From assembly GCA_963789265.1 (NCBI GenBank), contig CAWBKB010000005.1, forward strand, positions 128,001 to 192,000: 64,000 nucleotides of DNA, written 5' to 3'. Made by a program: the position numbers and the translations under genes. Positions 52,777 to 62,790 of this stretch are shown here, piece after piece; position 1 is the stretch's first letter; every line of letters starts with the position of its first letter. Below the pieces are notes generated by a model. The model searched no databases. It was not told the DNA's origin and saw only the letters and a program-made list of their open reading frames with translations. The DNA comes from an uncultured delta proteobacterium (GTDB lineage: Bacteria > Desulfobacterota > Desulfomonilia > Desulfomonilales > Desulfomonilaceae).

Positions 52777-54253
52777 TGACGAAGAAAGCATCAGAAATCT
52801 GATGCGCATGACCCTTGAGCTTGACCACTATAAGGTCTTTACAGCCGCTGACGGCCCCTCTGCGCTGGAGATTTTCGAAAAAGAGAACCCGGACGTTGTT
52901 TTACTGGATGTGAGAATGCCGGGCATGAGCGGCATCGAGATTTTGGACCGGATAAAGGCCATGAACCCGGACGCGGAGGTCATCATCATAACAGGGCATG
53001 GGGACATGGATATGGCAGTAGATTGTCTCCGTAGGCAGGCTTCCAACTTCTTGACAAAACCAGTGGGAGACGAGTTGCTTTCTCTCTCGTTGAAACGTTC
53101 GCTGGAGAGAGTTGCTCTGAAAAAGAAGATAAAACAATACACTCGCAATCTGGAGATCCTGGTTCGGGAAGCCAATGTCGAGTTGGAACGCGCCTATCAG
53201 TTCAGGGAAAACATCATCGAAAATTCCCCGGACGCCATAGTTTGTGTCCGCAAGGGGGGCGAGATCATTATTTTCAATTCCGCGGCCGAGAAGCTTCTCG
53301 GGTACAAAAAATCAGAAGTGATCGGCAAAATGAACATCGTCAAAGTCTACCCTCCCGGGGGAGCGAAACAGGTGATGAGGTATTTGAGATCCGACGACTT
53401 CGGCGGCCGCGGCCTGTTGCAAAAAACCGAAGTTGCGGTGCTCGACAAGAGTGGAAACGAAATCCCTACCTACTTGTCGGCCGCGATTCTTTACGAAGAC
53501 GGACAGGAAGCGGGCTCAGTTGGGATTTTTACCGACCTGCGGGAACACCGAAAGCTGGAAAAACAGCTCCTTCGGTCTGAGAAACTCTCTTCCCTGGGAA
53601 AGCTTTCCGCAGGTATCGCTCATGAAATTAATCAGCCTTTGACCGGCGTGTTGACGTTTGCGCATCTTCTCTTGAGGAAGTTCAAAGACGATGAAAAGAC
53701 TCGAAAGGACCTCGAGACTATAGTGCGAGAGACCACGCGCATACGGGGCATAGTCCAGGGAATTCTGGATTTCGCCCGCGAAACTCCCATGCAGAAGAAG
53801 CCTCGGAAGATAGACGAAGTTCTCGATCAGACCCTTGAGATTGTGGTGCATCAACAGCGATTCTTCGGGATCACTTTGGAAAAGAACTACGATCAGTCGC
53901 TTCCCGAAGTAGTTGTTGATTCTAACTTGATGGAACAGGTGTTCATGAACGTAATTCTCAATGCCCTGGACGCCATGCACGGGTCTGGTCGATTGACCGT
54001 CAGAACTCGACGCCAAAATGGCTGGGCAGAGGTAGAATTCTCGGACACAGGGATTGGGATGCCCGAAGAGATTCTCGACAAAATATTTGACCCCTTCTTT
54101 ACCACAAAAGACTCTACGGAAGGCATGGGCATGGGGTTGGGACTGGCTGTGAGCTACGGAATAGTGAAAAATCACAACGGTGACATCTCAGTGTCCAGCA
54201 AACCCAGTCAGGGAACCACCTTTTCCATCCGACTGCCACTGGACAATGCGTGA
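52751..54253 (+). CDS. Receiver-PAS-histidine kinase
   Basis: ILVVDDE..LDVRMPG, PAS (IIENSPDAI), GIAHEINQPL, GMGLGL. Confidence 0.94.
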   Translation: MMATILVVDDEESIRNLMRMTLELDHYKVFTAADGPSALEIFEKENPDVVLLDVRMPGMSGIEILDRIKAMNPDAEVIIITGHGDMDMAVDCLRRQASNFLTKPVGDELLSLSLKRSLERVALKKKIKQYTRNLEILVREANVELERAYQFRENIIENSPDAIVCVRKGGEIIIFNSAAEKLLGYKKSEVIGKMNIVKVYPPGGAKQVMRYLRSDDFGGRGLLQKTEVAVLDKSGNEIPTYLSAAILYEDGQEAGSVGIFTDLREHRKLEKQLLRSEKLSSLGKLSAGIAHEINQPLTGVLTFAHLLLRKFKDDEKTRKDLETIVRETTRIRGIVQGILDFARETPMQKKPRKIDEVLDQTLEIVVHQQRFFGITLEKNYDQSLPEVVVDSNLMEQVFMNVILNALDAMHGSGRLTVRTRRQNGWAEVEFSDTGIGMPEEILDKIFDPFFTTKDSTEGMGMGLGLAVSYGIVKNHNGDISVSSKPSQGTTFSIRLPLDNA

Positions 54254-54387
54254 AATGCGGACACGTTGTCGTGCTTGACTTGCGGCCCTCCATACTACAG
54301 AATTGTGCAAGTCGGTCCCGGGAGCGTGTCTTGATGTCTTGACCACATCATCGCACGTCCCAAATTGAATCCAAAAAGGGGGAACAA

Positions 54388-54867
54388 ATGATGCGCTACA
54401 AAATTATGCTGATTGCCGTTGCATTCTTACTTCTAGGATCCATTGGACCTTCGCTTTCGGCAGAAGTTGGAGGCAAGGACGCCAAGAAAGAGCTGCAAAA
54501 GTTCCAAGGCACTTGGATCATGGAGTCAGGGGAGTTAGGTGGCAAAAAGGCCGCTGATGAGCATGTGCGTCGGAGCAAAATAATTTTTGAAGGAAATAAA
54601 GTACAGATTGTCGTTCCCAATCAAACCCCGGAAACAATCATCGCAGAGATCGTAAAAATCGACACGACGAAAAGCCCCAAGGAAATGCATTTCATCCGCA
54701 AGAACGGCCCCAATGCGGGCAATACCCTCATCGGGATCTACGAGTTTGAGGGAAAAGACCGGTACAAATTCGCTTTTGACCCCTCCGGCAGCACTAAGCT
54801 CAAAGAGTTCGTCACGAAAGAAGGAACCGGCCACGTGCGAAATACTTGGAAGCGCGTAAAGCAATAG
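54388..54867 (+). CDS. Secreted TIGR03067-domain protein
   Basis: Signal peptide, KELQKFQGTW, IDTTKSPKEM, GIYEFEG. Confidence 0.8.
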   Translation: MMRYKIMLIAVAFLLLGSIGPSLSAEVGGKDAKKELQKFQGTWIMESGELGGKKAADEHVRRSKIIFEGNKVQIVVPNQTPETIIAEIVKIDTTKSPKEMHFIRKNGPNAGNTLIGIYEFEGKDRYKFAFDPSGSTKLKEFVTKEGTGHVRNTWKRVKQ

Positions 54868-55188
54868 GATTTCCTCTGGAGCAGCCCAAGCTGACGCTCA
54901 ATGAGCAAGCACGGATCTTGGGTGACATGATGGCGATCTGAATTTCGGTGCAAGAAATCACGATGGCATCTAATAAAAAAAGTGCCGTCGCGACTTTTTT
55001 GGTGAGTGTATACTGCATCTGGCGCACTCGTTTAGACATATATCCACTCAGAGTTCCAGCCAGGATTTGAATCGTTATTCTTAATCCCTGTTTCTCGGTG
55101 AGTGTCAGGCCGCGCACCGCGCTGCGGACCGTGCTCGCTCTCCTATTTGCTTGCTTGCCCTAAAGCACGTTCGTGCATACATGGGCTC

Positions 55189-55461
55189 ATGAAATATGAA
55201 TGGGATCGGGAGAAGGCAGAGAACAACCGTCAAAAGCACGGAATAGACTTCGCTGACGCCGTAACTGCCTTGGAAGATGATGCCGGTCTCACACTGGAAG
55301 ATCAATATTCCGACGAGGAACGTTTTGTCACAGTCGAGATGGATGCCCTTGGACGCGTTCTTGTCGTGATTTACGCTCGGCGCGGCGAGCGTATTCGCGT
55401 CATTTCAGCAAGGAGAGCGACGCGAAGTGAACGAAAACAGCATCAAGGAAATGGCACATGA
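55189..55461 (+). CDS. BrnT-family toxin
   Basis: YEWDREKAENNRQKHGIDF..EERF...IRVISARRAT..ER. Confidence 0.92.
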   Translation: MKYEWDREKAENNRQKHGIDFADAVTALEDDAGLTLEDQYSDEERFVTVEMDALGRVLVVIYARRGERIRVISARRATRSERKQHQGNGT

Positions 55462-55713
55462 AGAAGGAATACGATTTCAGCAGCGGTAAGAGGGGGGCAG
55501 TAGCTCCGGTTCTACCCGGAAAGACACGTGTGACAATTCCACTCGATGACGATGTTTTGGGATTGGTTTCGCTCCCAGATTCACGAAATGGGCGGAGGCA
55601 ACTATCAGAGTCTCATCAACGATGCCCTACGCGAGTATATTCAACAGCACAAGGAACCGTTGGAGAAAATGCTACGACGTGTGATACGGGAAGAAATTGG
55701 CACACATGCATGA
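55458..55713 (+). CDS. BrnA-family antitoxin, +1 frameshift near 55560
   Basis: MKKEYDFS.GKRG..KTRVTI.LDDDVL; removing one G gives DWFR...GNYQSLINDALREYI. Confidence 0.88.
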
Positions 55714-55767
55714 CGTGACCTTGCACAAAAAGTCTCCGAGATCTGTCACTTGTGAGGGAAGTGTGTG

Positions 55768-56094
55768 CTAAGAGTTTTTCCGCGTCGTCTCTACGCGCTC
55801 TTTTTTGACCTTTTTGCTGATCCTCGGGAGAAATTCCGGGGCAAAATCGGCCCCGCTGGGCCATTCAATTGTGTTGGTGTCGGAATACGCATGAACTTGG
55901 TTGAATAGATCGAGGCTTTTCAAGGGTTCGAACACTTCACCATGCAGCTCTCTCGTGAGATCCACTTCTCTGACAGTGCCGTCGTCAAATTCCAATCTTA
56001 GCTGGTAATCGTGCAAGCATGCGACCTTCGTGAACTGCACATTGTAATCGTCTAAGGCAGTGAAGCGTGCCGAGGCCATCCAGAAATCAGCCAT
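55768..56094 (-). CDS. DUF2442-domain protein
   Basis: DYQLRLEFDDG..EVDL...GEVFEPL...TIEWPSGADFAPE; start uncertain. Confidence 0.8.
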   Translation of the reverse strand: MADFWMASARFTALDDYNVQFTKVACLHDYQLRLEFDDGTVREVDLTRELHGEVFEPLKSLDLFNQVHAYSDTNTIEWPSGADFAPEFLPRISKKVKKERVETTRKNS

Positions 56095-56353
56095 TCTTAG
56101 GCTTGCGGGCAGGGGTACCGCGGAGCATACCTTCTACGCTTATGTCCTCATCAATATCGGGCCAGTGTATACCGAGACCATCCCCTATTATCCGGAAATT
56201 GGACTTCTGCTCGGGGGTTGCCTCAGATAGGCGCCAGGACCATACAACAGGCACGGAGATGGTGCGCCCGTCCGCAAGGTAAGCTATGATTTCTTCGTCT
56301 GTCACTCTGACATCCATGATTCTTGGCTCTATCACATCAACCGCAATGCCCAT
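56087..56353 (-). CDS. DUF2442-domain protein
   Basis: LADGRTISVP..WSWRL..AT.EQ...GIHWPDIDEDISVEG. Confidence 0.88.
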   Translation of the reverse strand: MGIAVDVIEPRIMDVRVTDEEIIAYLADGRTISVPVVWSWRLSEATPEQKSNFRIIGDGLGIHWPDIDEDISVEGMLRGTPARKPKNG

Positions 56354-56573
56354 CCCAACCCTCCAAGATTCTTGTGATGTTAGACAGAATAAGTTGCCGG
56401 ATCATGCCAAGTTCCTTCGGCGAAAAACCGTGGTTTCGACACAGAGTCACGGGTTCCAGCCAAAACTTACAAACCATTCTGTCCCTTTGGTCATGCTCAT
56501 GCTTGGGTTCGTTGCAGTCAAAGCTGAAAAAGAAAAAACGATAAGGTCCGGAAATATTCTCAACGGTAGGCAA
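56337..56573 (-). CDS. DUF4160-domain protein
   Basis: MPTV...GPYRFFFFS.D.NEPKH...CKFWLEP...NHGF. Confidence 0.85.
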   Translation of the reverse strand: MPTVENISGPYRFFFFSFDCNEPKHEHDQRDRMVCKFWLEPVTLCRNHGFSPKELGMIRQLILSNITRILEGWDGHCG

Positions 56574-56703
56574 AGACTAGCTTCAATATGCCCGTTTGAA
56601 CATTTTTTGTTGTTGGAAAATTATGGCGTTTCGCAACACTCATATTGGGGAGCAGCTTGGCAGTCCCACGCGAATACGGCCTTAGGGCCGCGAAAGATTA
56701 TGC

Positions 56704-56780
56704 TGGTGCGCCCGAAACGATTCGAACGTTCGACCTCAACATCCGGAGTGTTGCGCTCTATCCTACTGAGCTACGGGCGC
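56704..56780 (-). tRNA. tRNA-Arg(CCG)
   Basis: Reverse complement GCGCCCGTAGCTCAGTAGGATAGAGCGCAACACTCCGGATGTTGAGGTCGAACGTTCGAATCGTTTCGGGCGCACCA folds as a cloverleaf with anticodon CCG, TTCGAAT loop and encoded CCA. Confidence 0.96.
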
Positions 56781-57030
56781 ACAAGACAAATCTAGCCCAG
56801 CCATGATCGAGTGTCAACGTGTTTTGACCGCTAGCTTCAAAGCTCATGGGCATTAGAAGTTGCCAAAGGCTTGGAACTCTCGTATGCTAACCTTTAGTTA
56901 GATCCAGCAACCAGCTTAAATGAAATGTGAGCAAATCAAGAGCGATGATCCCAGGATGATCGCTCGCCGGGACGGGTTCACCTTGAACCTGATTGCCGGC
57001 GGTGCCTGGGCCGAACGGAGGTGGATGCGG

Positions 57031-57795
57031 ATGGTTGATCGACCGAATCTGGCGGGAAAGATAGCTATTGTCACAGGTGGAGGAAAAGGGATAGGAAAAG
57101 CCATTTCTCTGGGTCTGGCCGAGGCGGGAGCAAAGGTCATGATCGCAGCAAGGACCGCCGCGGAGATTGAAGCCGCGGCTGAAGAAATTCGCTCCCACGG
57201 TGGAGAGGCCGTGGCAAAAGTGACGGACGTCACCCAGAGCGACCAGATCGATGCGCTTGTGCAGACCGCGGTCAGTACTTTCGGCGGAGTGAACATCTTG
57301 GTCAACAACGCGGCTCGTAGCTTTTTCAGACCCCTTATGGATCTCCGAGAAGACGGATTTGACAAAATCTTCAACACTAATGTCAAAGGAACTTTTCTGC
57401 TGAGTCGCGCAGCAGCCAAAGTGATGGCCGGGCAAGGGGGAGGCCGCATCGTCAACATTACCACTGTGGGCGCGGTGCGCGGAGGCCCCATGATGGGAGT
57501 CTATCACTCCAGCAAGGCCGCGGTTAAAATGTTGACCATGTGCATGGCTACAGAATGGGCTCCCATGAACATATTGGTGAACGCGGTTGGCCCCGGGTTG
57601 ACCAGGACTCATTTCAGCCAACCTATATGGGCCAATCCGGAGATAGAGCGACAACTAGTAACTCGCGTCCCTCAGGGAAGGCTGGCTGAACCTGAAGATA
57701 TCGTCGGGGCGGTCCTTTTCCTTTGCTCTGATGCGGCAAGTTTCATTACAGGCCAAACCATTTATGTGGACGGCGGAACATTGGCAAATACGTAA
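57031..57795 (+). CDS. Short-chain dehydrogenase/reductase
   Basis: TGGGKGIG, LVNNA, YHSSK, VNAVGPG, ITGQTIYVDGG. Confidence 0.93.
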   Translation: MVDRPNLAGKIAIVTGGGKGIGKAISLGLAEAGAKVMIAARTAAEIEAAAEEIRSHGGEAVAKVTDVTQSDQIDALVQTAVSTFGGVNILVNNAARSFFRPLMDLREDGFDKIFNTNVKGTFLLSRAAAKVMAGQGGGRIVNITTVGAVRGGPMMGVYHSSKAAVKMLTMCMATEWAPMNILVNAVGPGLTRTHFSQPIWANPEIERQLVTRVPQGRLAEPEDIVGAVLFLCSDAASFITGQTIYVDGGTLANT

Positions 57796-57974
57796 TCGCT
57801 TCTTGCAGGCAGCCGGCGAGATTGTGGACCGTCTTCCGGTGCGGGAAGGCAAAACTGCGACGAGCTTCCGCTAACGAAGTATTTCCTGATTTGCCGCAAA
57901 GATCGAGAGATTGCACTGCCACTTACAGCTCATTCTGAACGCTGACCGCCACGAAAGCCCCGGCGCGGCGGCAA

Positions 57975-59120
57975 ATGGAGGAATTTATGAACGCGGAAGA
58001 TCCGTGGAGGCCATTCAGAGAGGTGATGGCATCTCCATGGGAACAAGCCCTGGCCTGGAAACGCAAAACCGGCGGTAAGGTTGTCGGACACCTGCTCCCG
58101 GATGTACCTGAAGAGATCCTCCATGCTGCGGGTGCTCTCCCGGTGGCAATAGAAGGGGCCGGAGTTCAGATCTCCGATGCACAGGCGCACATTCCCGGAT
58201 ATACGTGCAGCCACGCCATGGGGGCCTTGGATATGGGGCTCCGAGGTTATCTCTCGGTCTTGGACGGCATGGTTATCCCGTATGTTTGCGACACCACACG
58301 CAATCTGTTTCACATTTGGAATCATTGCTTCCCGGACCTGTGCAATGAGTTTCTTCGGCTACCCAAAAGATTGGATTATCCCGAAGCCAGAAAATATCTG
58401 AAGAGCGAGTTCCTGCGGCTTATGGACGCGGTAGCTAAGATTACCGGCCGAAATGTCGGATCTGAAGACTTGGCCGCAAGCATAATACTCTATAACAAAA
58501 GCCGGGCCGCGCTCAGGGAAGCCTATCACAGGCAGCACGTATTACCGTCGCTCTGGACTTCCGAGCGAGTGGGAGTTCTCCTCGCGTCGGCCTTGCGAGC
58601 GCCTCGGCAAGAGCATCTAGCGTGGATGGAAAGCCTGCCCTGGGACGAACGCCCTGCTGACTCCTGCGAACGGATCCCCATATACGTGAGGGGAAAAGTT
58701 TGGGACCCGCCGGGAATTTTCGGCCTCTTTGACCAACTTGGTCTGCTGGTAGTGGAAGATGAAATAGTGACAGGATTCCGTGCCATCGCTAAAGACGCTG
58801 AAGTTAACGGAGATCCTGTAGAAGCCCTGGTGAACCGGCACTTTACCACTGTCCCCTATGCCGGCTATCATCTCTCTCCTTCGCAAGCAGTGCAAAGTTT
58901 TCAGGATCGGGTGCGCTCAAGTGGAGCTCGCGGCGTTCTTTTCCTAAATCCCAAATTCTGCGAAGCTGCCGGCTTTGACACTCCGGATTTTCAAAAGGCC
59001 CTTGAACAAGCAGGCGTCCCGAGTTTGGTGCTGGAGACATCTTCGCGTGGAGTTTCCCTCGAACAGATACGCTTGCGTCTGGAGGCATTTCGAGAAATGA
59101 TAGGAGATGAGGGGCTTTAA
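57975..59120 (+). CDS. 2-hydroxyacyl-CoA dehydratase / benzoyl-CoA reductase family subunit (HgdB/BcrC-like)
   Basis: VPEEILHAAG, YTCS, YVCD, PKFCE, IRLRLEAFREM. Confidence 0.85.
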   Translation: MEEFMNAEDPWRPFREVMASPWEQALAWKRKTGGKVVGHLLPDVPEEILHAAGALPVAIEGAGVQISDAQAHIPGYTCSHAMGALDMGLRGYLSVLDGMVIPYVCDTTRNLFHIWNHCFPDLCNEFLRLPKRLDYPEARKYLKSEFLRLMDAVAKITGRNVGSEDLAASIILYNKSRAALREAYHRQHVLPSLWTSERVGVLLASALRAPRQEHLAWMESLPWDERPADSCERIPIYVRGKVWDPPGIFGLFDQLGLLVVEDEIVTGFRAIAKDAEVNGDPVEALVNRHFTTVPYAGYHLSPSQAVQSFQDRVRSSGARGVLFLNPKFCEAAGFDTPDFQKALEQAGVPSLVLETSSRGVSLEQIRLRLEAFREMIGDEGL

Positions 59121-59151
59121 TCGCTTACCGGCCTCTTAAGGAGGACTAAAG

Positions 59152-60364
59152 ATGGAGCCTATCGAGGCCCTTAGGGCCCTTAAGCAAATAAACATCGACT
59201 ATTATGGCGCGGCTCATACGGCTAGACAGAACGGGAAGTTCATCGCGTACGTGAACGCGTTCACGCCTGTTGAACTCCTCTACGCTATGGATGTTATCCC
59301 GATATATCCTGAAAATCATGCTGTAATTATCGGTGCCAGAAAAATGTCGTCGGAACTGGCTGCGGCTGCGGAGGGTATGGGCTATTCCATGGATCTGTGC
59401 TCATACGCTAGATGCGATCTGGGCTCAATTAAAACCGGTCTGAGCCCTACATGGGGCCTGCCGAAACCGGATCTGCTGCTGATCTCAAACAGCCAGTGCG
59501 GGACGCTGACCAAATGGTTTGAGGTCCTGAGCCGGATGTATGCAGCTCCAATGGTCCTGATTGACGTGCCGCATTCGGGAAATGGAGAGCGTGATCTCGC
59601 CGCCGAAGCGTACGTGCGGTCACAACTTGAGGATTTGGTCGGCATGCTCAAAGGAATAACCGGCCGAAGTTTGGATTGGGATCGTCTGAAAGACTCCATA
59701 CGTCTTTCTCGCAAAGCATCCGAGCTTTGGACCCGGGTGCTGGAGTACGGAGCCAGCAAGCCTTCGCCCATGACCGTCTTCGATCAGTTTATATCCATGG
59801 CTCCTATTGTGGCCCAAAGAGGGACTCAGGTTGCCGTGGACTTTTATCTGTTATTGACTCGGGAACTCGAGGAACGAGTTCAGAAGCGGACCGGAGCTTG
59901 TGCGAACGAAAAGTTTCGGCTGTTCTGGGACAATCTTCCGATTTGGCCGGAACTGCGGCGCCTTTCTCAATTTCTGGATGAGCGCGGTGCAGTGCTGGTC
60001 ACTTCTCTGTATACGTGGGCGTGGGCCAGGCTGGCGGTCGGGGAAGACGATCCCATTGGAGACTGGACCGAACAGTACCTTCTATACGGCAAACCTATAT
60101 TTGGAGCGTAGGATAGACCAATACGTGGAGATTGCAGAAAAATACGGTCTCGACGGATTCTTGTATCACTCCAATAGAAGTTGCAAGTTCGTCTCGCAGG
60201 ACATACCCGAGATCCGACGCTCGGTAACCGATAGAACCGGCATACCCGGTGCAATTCTGGAAGCTGACCACAACGATCCTCGCCTCTATTCCATAGAATC
60301 TCTGGAAAGACAGATCGAGAGCTTCCTGGACCTGCTGGCTACTCGTAAACGCGCCGCCAGATAA
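59152..60364 (+). CDS. 2-hydroxyacyl-CoA dehydratase / benzoyl-CoA reductase family subunit (HgdA/BcrB-like), +1 frameshift near 60082
   Basis: PVELLYAMD..YPEN, DLCSY, LPKPD, SQC; second frame continues DG..YHSNRSCK..EADHNDPR. Confidence 0.85.
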
Positions 60365-60432
60365 ACTATTGGAAATGGTCTCTGGAAAGACCTGCCTGCC
60401 ATTCGTCTCCCCGCACTACGATCCGGTCCAGT

Positions 60433-60493
60433 CTGGATGCCCGCGTACGCGGGCATGACGACATGCAGGGGCGGGTTTCAAACCCGCCCCTAC
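60433..60493. repeat. Composite REP-like palindromes
   Basis: CTGGATGCCCGCGTACGCGGGCATGAC followed by GGGGCGGGTTTCAAACCCGCCCCTAC; a near copy lies at 62034-62082. Confidence 0.8.
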
Positions 60494-60545
60494 GGAAACT
60501 TCATTCCACTTGCTTGAAAGCGAACCCGCATTAGTCGAAATTCGT

Positions 60546-61184
60546 TCAGTGGCAATCGCAGACATCTCCGCCCAGAGTTCCGATGCCCTCGCGAGCAATA
60601 ATCGGAACCATGATGAGCCCCGCTACCGGGTCGGCCCACCACCATCCAAGAAGTGCATTGAGAGCCAGTCCACCGAGCAGGATAGCAGAGAGGTAGGCGC
60701 ACAAGTCGGTCTGCCGGGAGTCGGCCTCTAGAGAGCGGCTTTCTAAACGCAGGGCGACTTTGCGCTTGGCGCGGGCTAGAAGGGGCATCACGATAAGAGC
60801 GGCACAAGCAAGCACTATACCGACGATGCTTGCATGGGGTTCCTCGCGTAACACTAGCGATTTTGCGGCGTCAAAGGCAATATACGTGGCGAGGAGGATG
60901 AAGCTTATGCCGACGAGCCTGGTCGCAATTCGTTCCCTACGTTCATCTTCCTCGTGCAGTTGCAGCCGCCAGAGCAATATCCCACCGGACAAGCATTCGA
61001 TGAGAGAGTCCGCACCGAATCCAATGAGGGCAATGCTGCCTGCCGCGATACCGGCGGCAACGGCAACACCTGCTTCGATGAGGTTCCAGCTGAGCGTAAA
61101 GTACTCGAGACGGCGACCTTCCCGAGTGTCGTACACACGGGCACCGCTGGATTGAGGTGAGCAACAGCAGTCAATGTCTTGCAT
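60546..61184 (-). CDS. Cation-efflux (CDF) transmembrane-domain protein
   Basis: SIALIGFGADSLIE, SLEADS, WWWADPVAGL, Cys/His-rich termini. Confidence 0.85.
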   Translation of the reverse strand: MQDIDCCCSPQSSGARVYDTREGRRLEYFTLSWNLIEAGVAVAAGIAAGSIALIGFGADSLIECLSGGILLWRLQLHEEDERRERIATRLVGISFILLATYIAFDAAKSLVLREEPHASIVGIVLACAALIVMPLLARAKRKVALRLESRSLEADSRQTDLCAYLSAILLGGLALNALLGWWWADPVAGLIMVPIIAREGIGTLGGDVCDCH

Positions 61185-61266
61185 GTCAAATTACCTTCCA
61201 GTCCAATGATCGGTCTTTAAAAAAAGAAACGCTGAAATCATATTGCTTCATTGACCGGCATTTATG

Positions 61267-61938
61267 CTATTCCGTCCCGTACACATCCAGAAGCTCCAGT
61301 CCGGCATTCGGCGCCACCAGTCTCACGTTAGCTTCAGTTCCTTCCAAATGCTGGCGAACCGCCTGCTCTTTGATGCCGGGCACAGCGTAAACCGTGAACA
61401 AGACGTTTCTAGTGGCCGGTGTGATCATGGTACGCCGGTCGGGGCCGTAGATCACGCTGGAGATGACCGCTACGGAGTCGGCTATCATCATATCGCCGGC
61501 TTTAAGCACCTGCTCTTGACCATTCATTCGGATATATTTTTCATTACCCTTTGACGCGTCCAATTTTAGAGGGGGCTTGACCGCGTCCAAGTCGTGACCG
61601 GCCGTCAACAGCATGTTCCTGATTTCTTCCATGAACATGGCTTCAACCAGGGCCGCCACTCCTGGTATGGACTTTTTTTTGAAAACGACCGATTCCAGTT
61701 GTTGCAAGACGTGATACGTTTTCTTGAAACGCTTGAAATAAGCCTGATATGCCTCTATAGGTTCTAACGATTTCAATGAGTCACGCTCTTTGAAGAGGTC
61801 ACGGAGATCGGCTTCCAGTTCTGATTTTTGGCGATCCAGTTTTTCGTGGCGAGGCGGATTGGTGACATCGCGCATGGCCAGGATTCCTACGTAAGCGCCT
61901 GGATAGGCCTTCTTCCAATCCTCAGAGACTGAGAACAT
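61267..61938 (-). CDS. Stand-alone B3/B4 (PheRS editing-like) domain protein
   Basis: AYQAYFKRF, ALVEAM, GHDLDAV, GDMMIAD, RTMIT..T.NVLF. Confidence 0.82.
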   Translation of the reverse strand: MFSVSEDWKKAYPGAYVGILAMRDVTNPPRHEKLDRQKSELEADLRDLFKERDSLKSLEPIEAYQAYFKRFKKTYHVLQQLESVVFKKKSIPGVAALVEAMFMEEIRNMLLTAGHDLDAVKPPLKLDASKGNEKYIRMNGQEQVLKAGDMMIADSVAVISSVIYGPDRRTMITPATRNVLFTVYAVPGIKEQAVRQHLEGTEANVRLVAPNAGLELLDVYGTE

Positions 61939-62082
61939 TGTGCTCCTCCTCGGCCTGTCGAGCTTTATATTGATTTGCTTTCGAGCAAGTGAAACCGTGT
62001 TGCTAATGGGACAGTCTCGAGAGGCCGGTCCTACTGGATGCCCGCGTACGAGGGCATGACAACATGTAAGGGCGGGTTTGAA

Positions 62083-62309
62083 GAGGCTGTCTCAAAATTG
62101 AAAATCGACCCGAAATCGTACTACCGGGCTCAGGATTTCTCGTTCCCAGGCTCTGCCTGGGAATGCCTGTCGCGAGGCTCGGCCTCGACTACGATAGTGA
62201 AATGAAGCCAGCTTGCGGGCAGAGCCCGCGAGACGCGGGCTTGGGAACCAGAACTCTAGCGACTTTCTTGTCACGATCTCGACCCGGTCCGCACTTTTGA
62301 GACAGCCCC
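62083..62309. mobile_element. MITE with IS1182-type terminal inverted repeats
   Basis: GAGGCTGTCTCAAAA (62083-62097) and TTTTGAGACAGCCCC (62295-62309), 14/15 match; same core as the IS ends at 296 and 1957; no transposase. Confidence 0.82.
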
Positions 62310-62573
62310 GGGACGCCAGCGCTCCGGATCGGAGCCCGAGGTGACCCCGCGGAACTCTGGGCAGGCGGTTCCGCGTCTCGCACGACTGCCTCACCACATC
62401 CGGTCTGTGACCGTCACTTGTTAGACGGCGCATTGCTATTAGATGGCGCGTCGCCACCCACGTTATACCAAGAATCCATCGCTTTGGCATTATGAGGAAA
62501 CAGGTGAAAGAGGACTGCGCGGACTTGAAGAATCAAAACAGTATCGAAAAGACTGGCAGAATGGTTTTTGCAC

Positions 62574-62614
62574 AAAAAAGGCCGGAACCTGAGGGGTGGG
62601 GGATGGTCCCGGCC
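62574..62614 (-). terminator. Rho-independent terminator with C-rich loop
   Basis: Minus strand GGCCGGGACC-ATCCCCCACCCCTCA-GGTTCCGGCC-TTTTTT. Confidence 0.7.
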
Positions 62615-62790
62615 CGAAGAAGCTCATCTCGGGGATAGGAGGCGAATGACCTGCATCCGCCATCTATCCGCCGACCTTTTCCTCCATGACGGAGTCCCGT
62701 TTCATGAAGTTGGATGGGATTGATTGGTAAAATGCCTTTTTGTCCGAGTGTTGCCTATATTGCTTCACGGGATCTTTCACCCCGGCGGGT

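Noticed and set aside
56260..56270. 11-bp match (TGGTGCGCCCG) to the tRNA-Arg 3' end as a possible att site
   Set aside because: It lies inside the conserved DGRTI coding motif of DUF2442 and is short enough to be chance; no integrase is present
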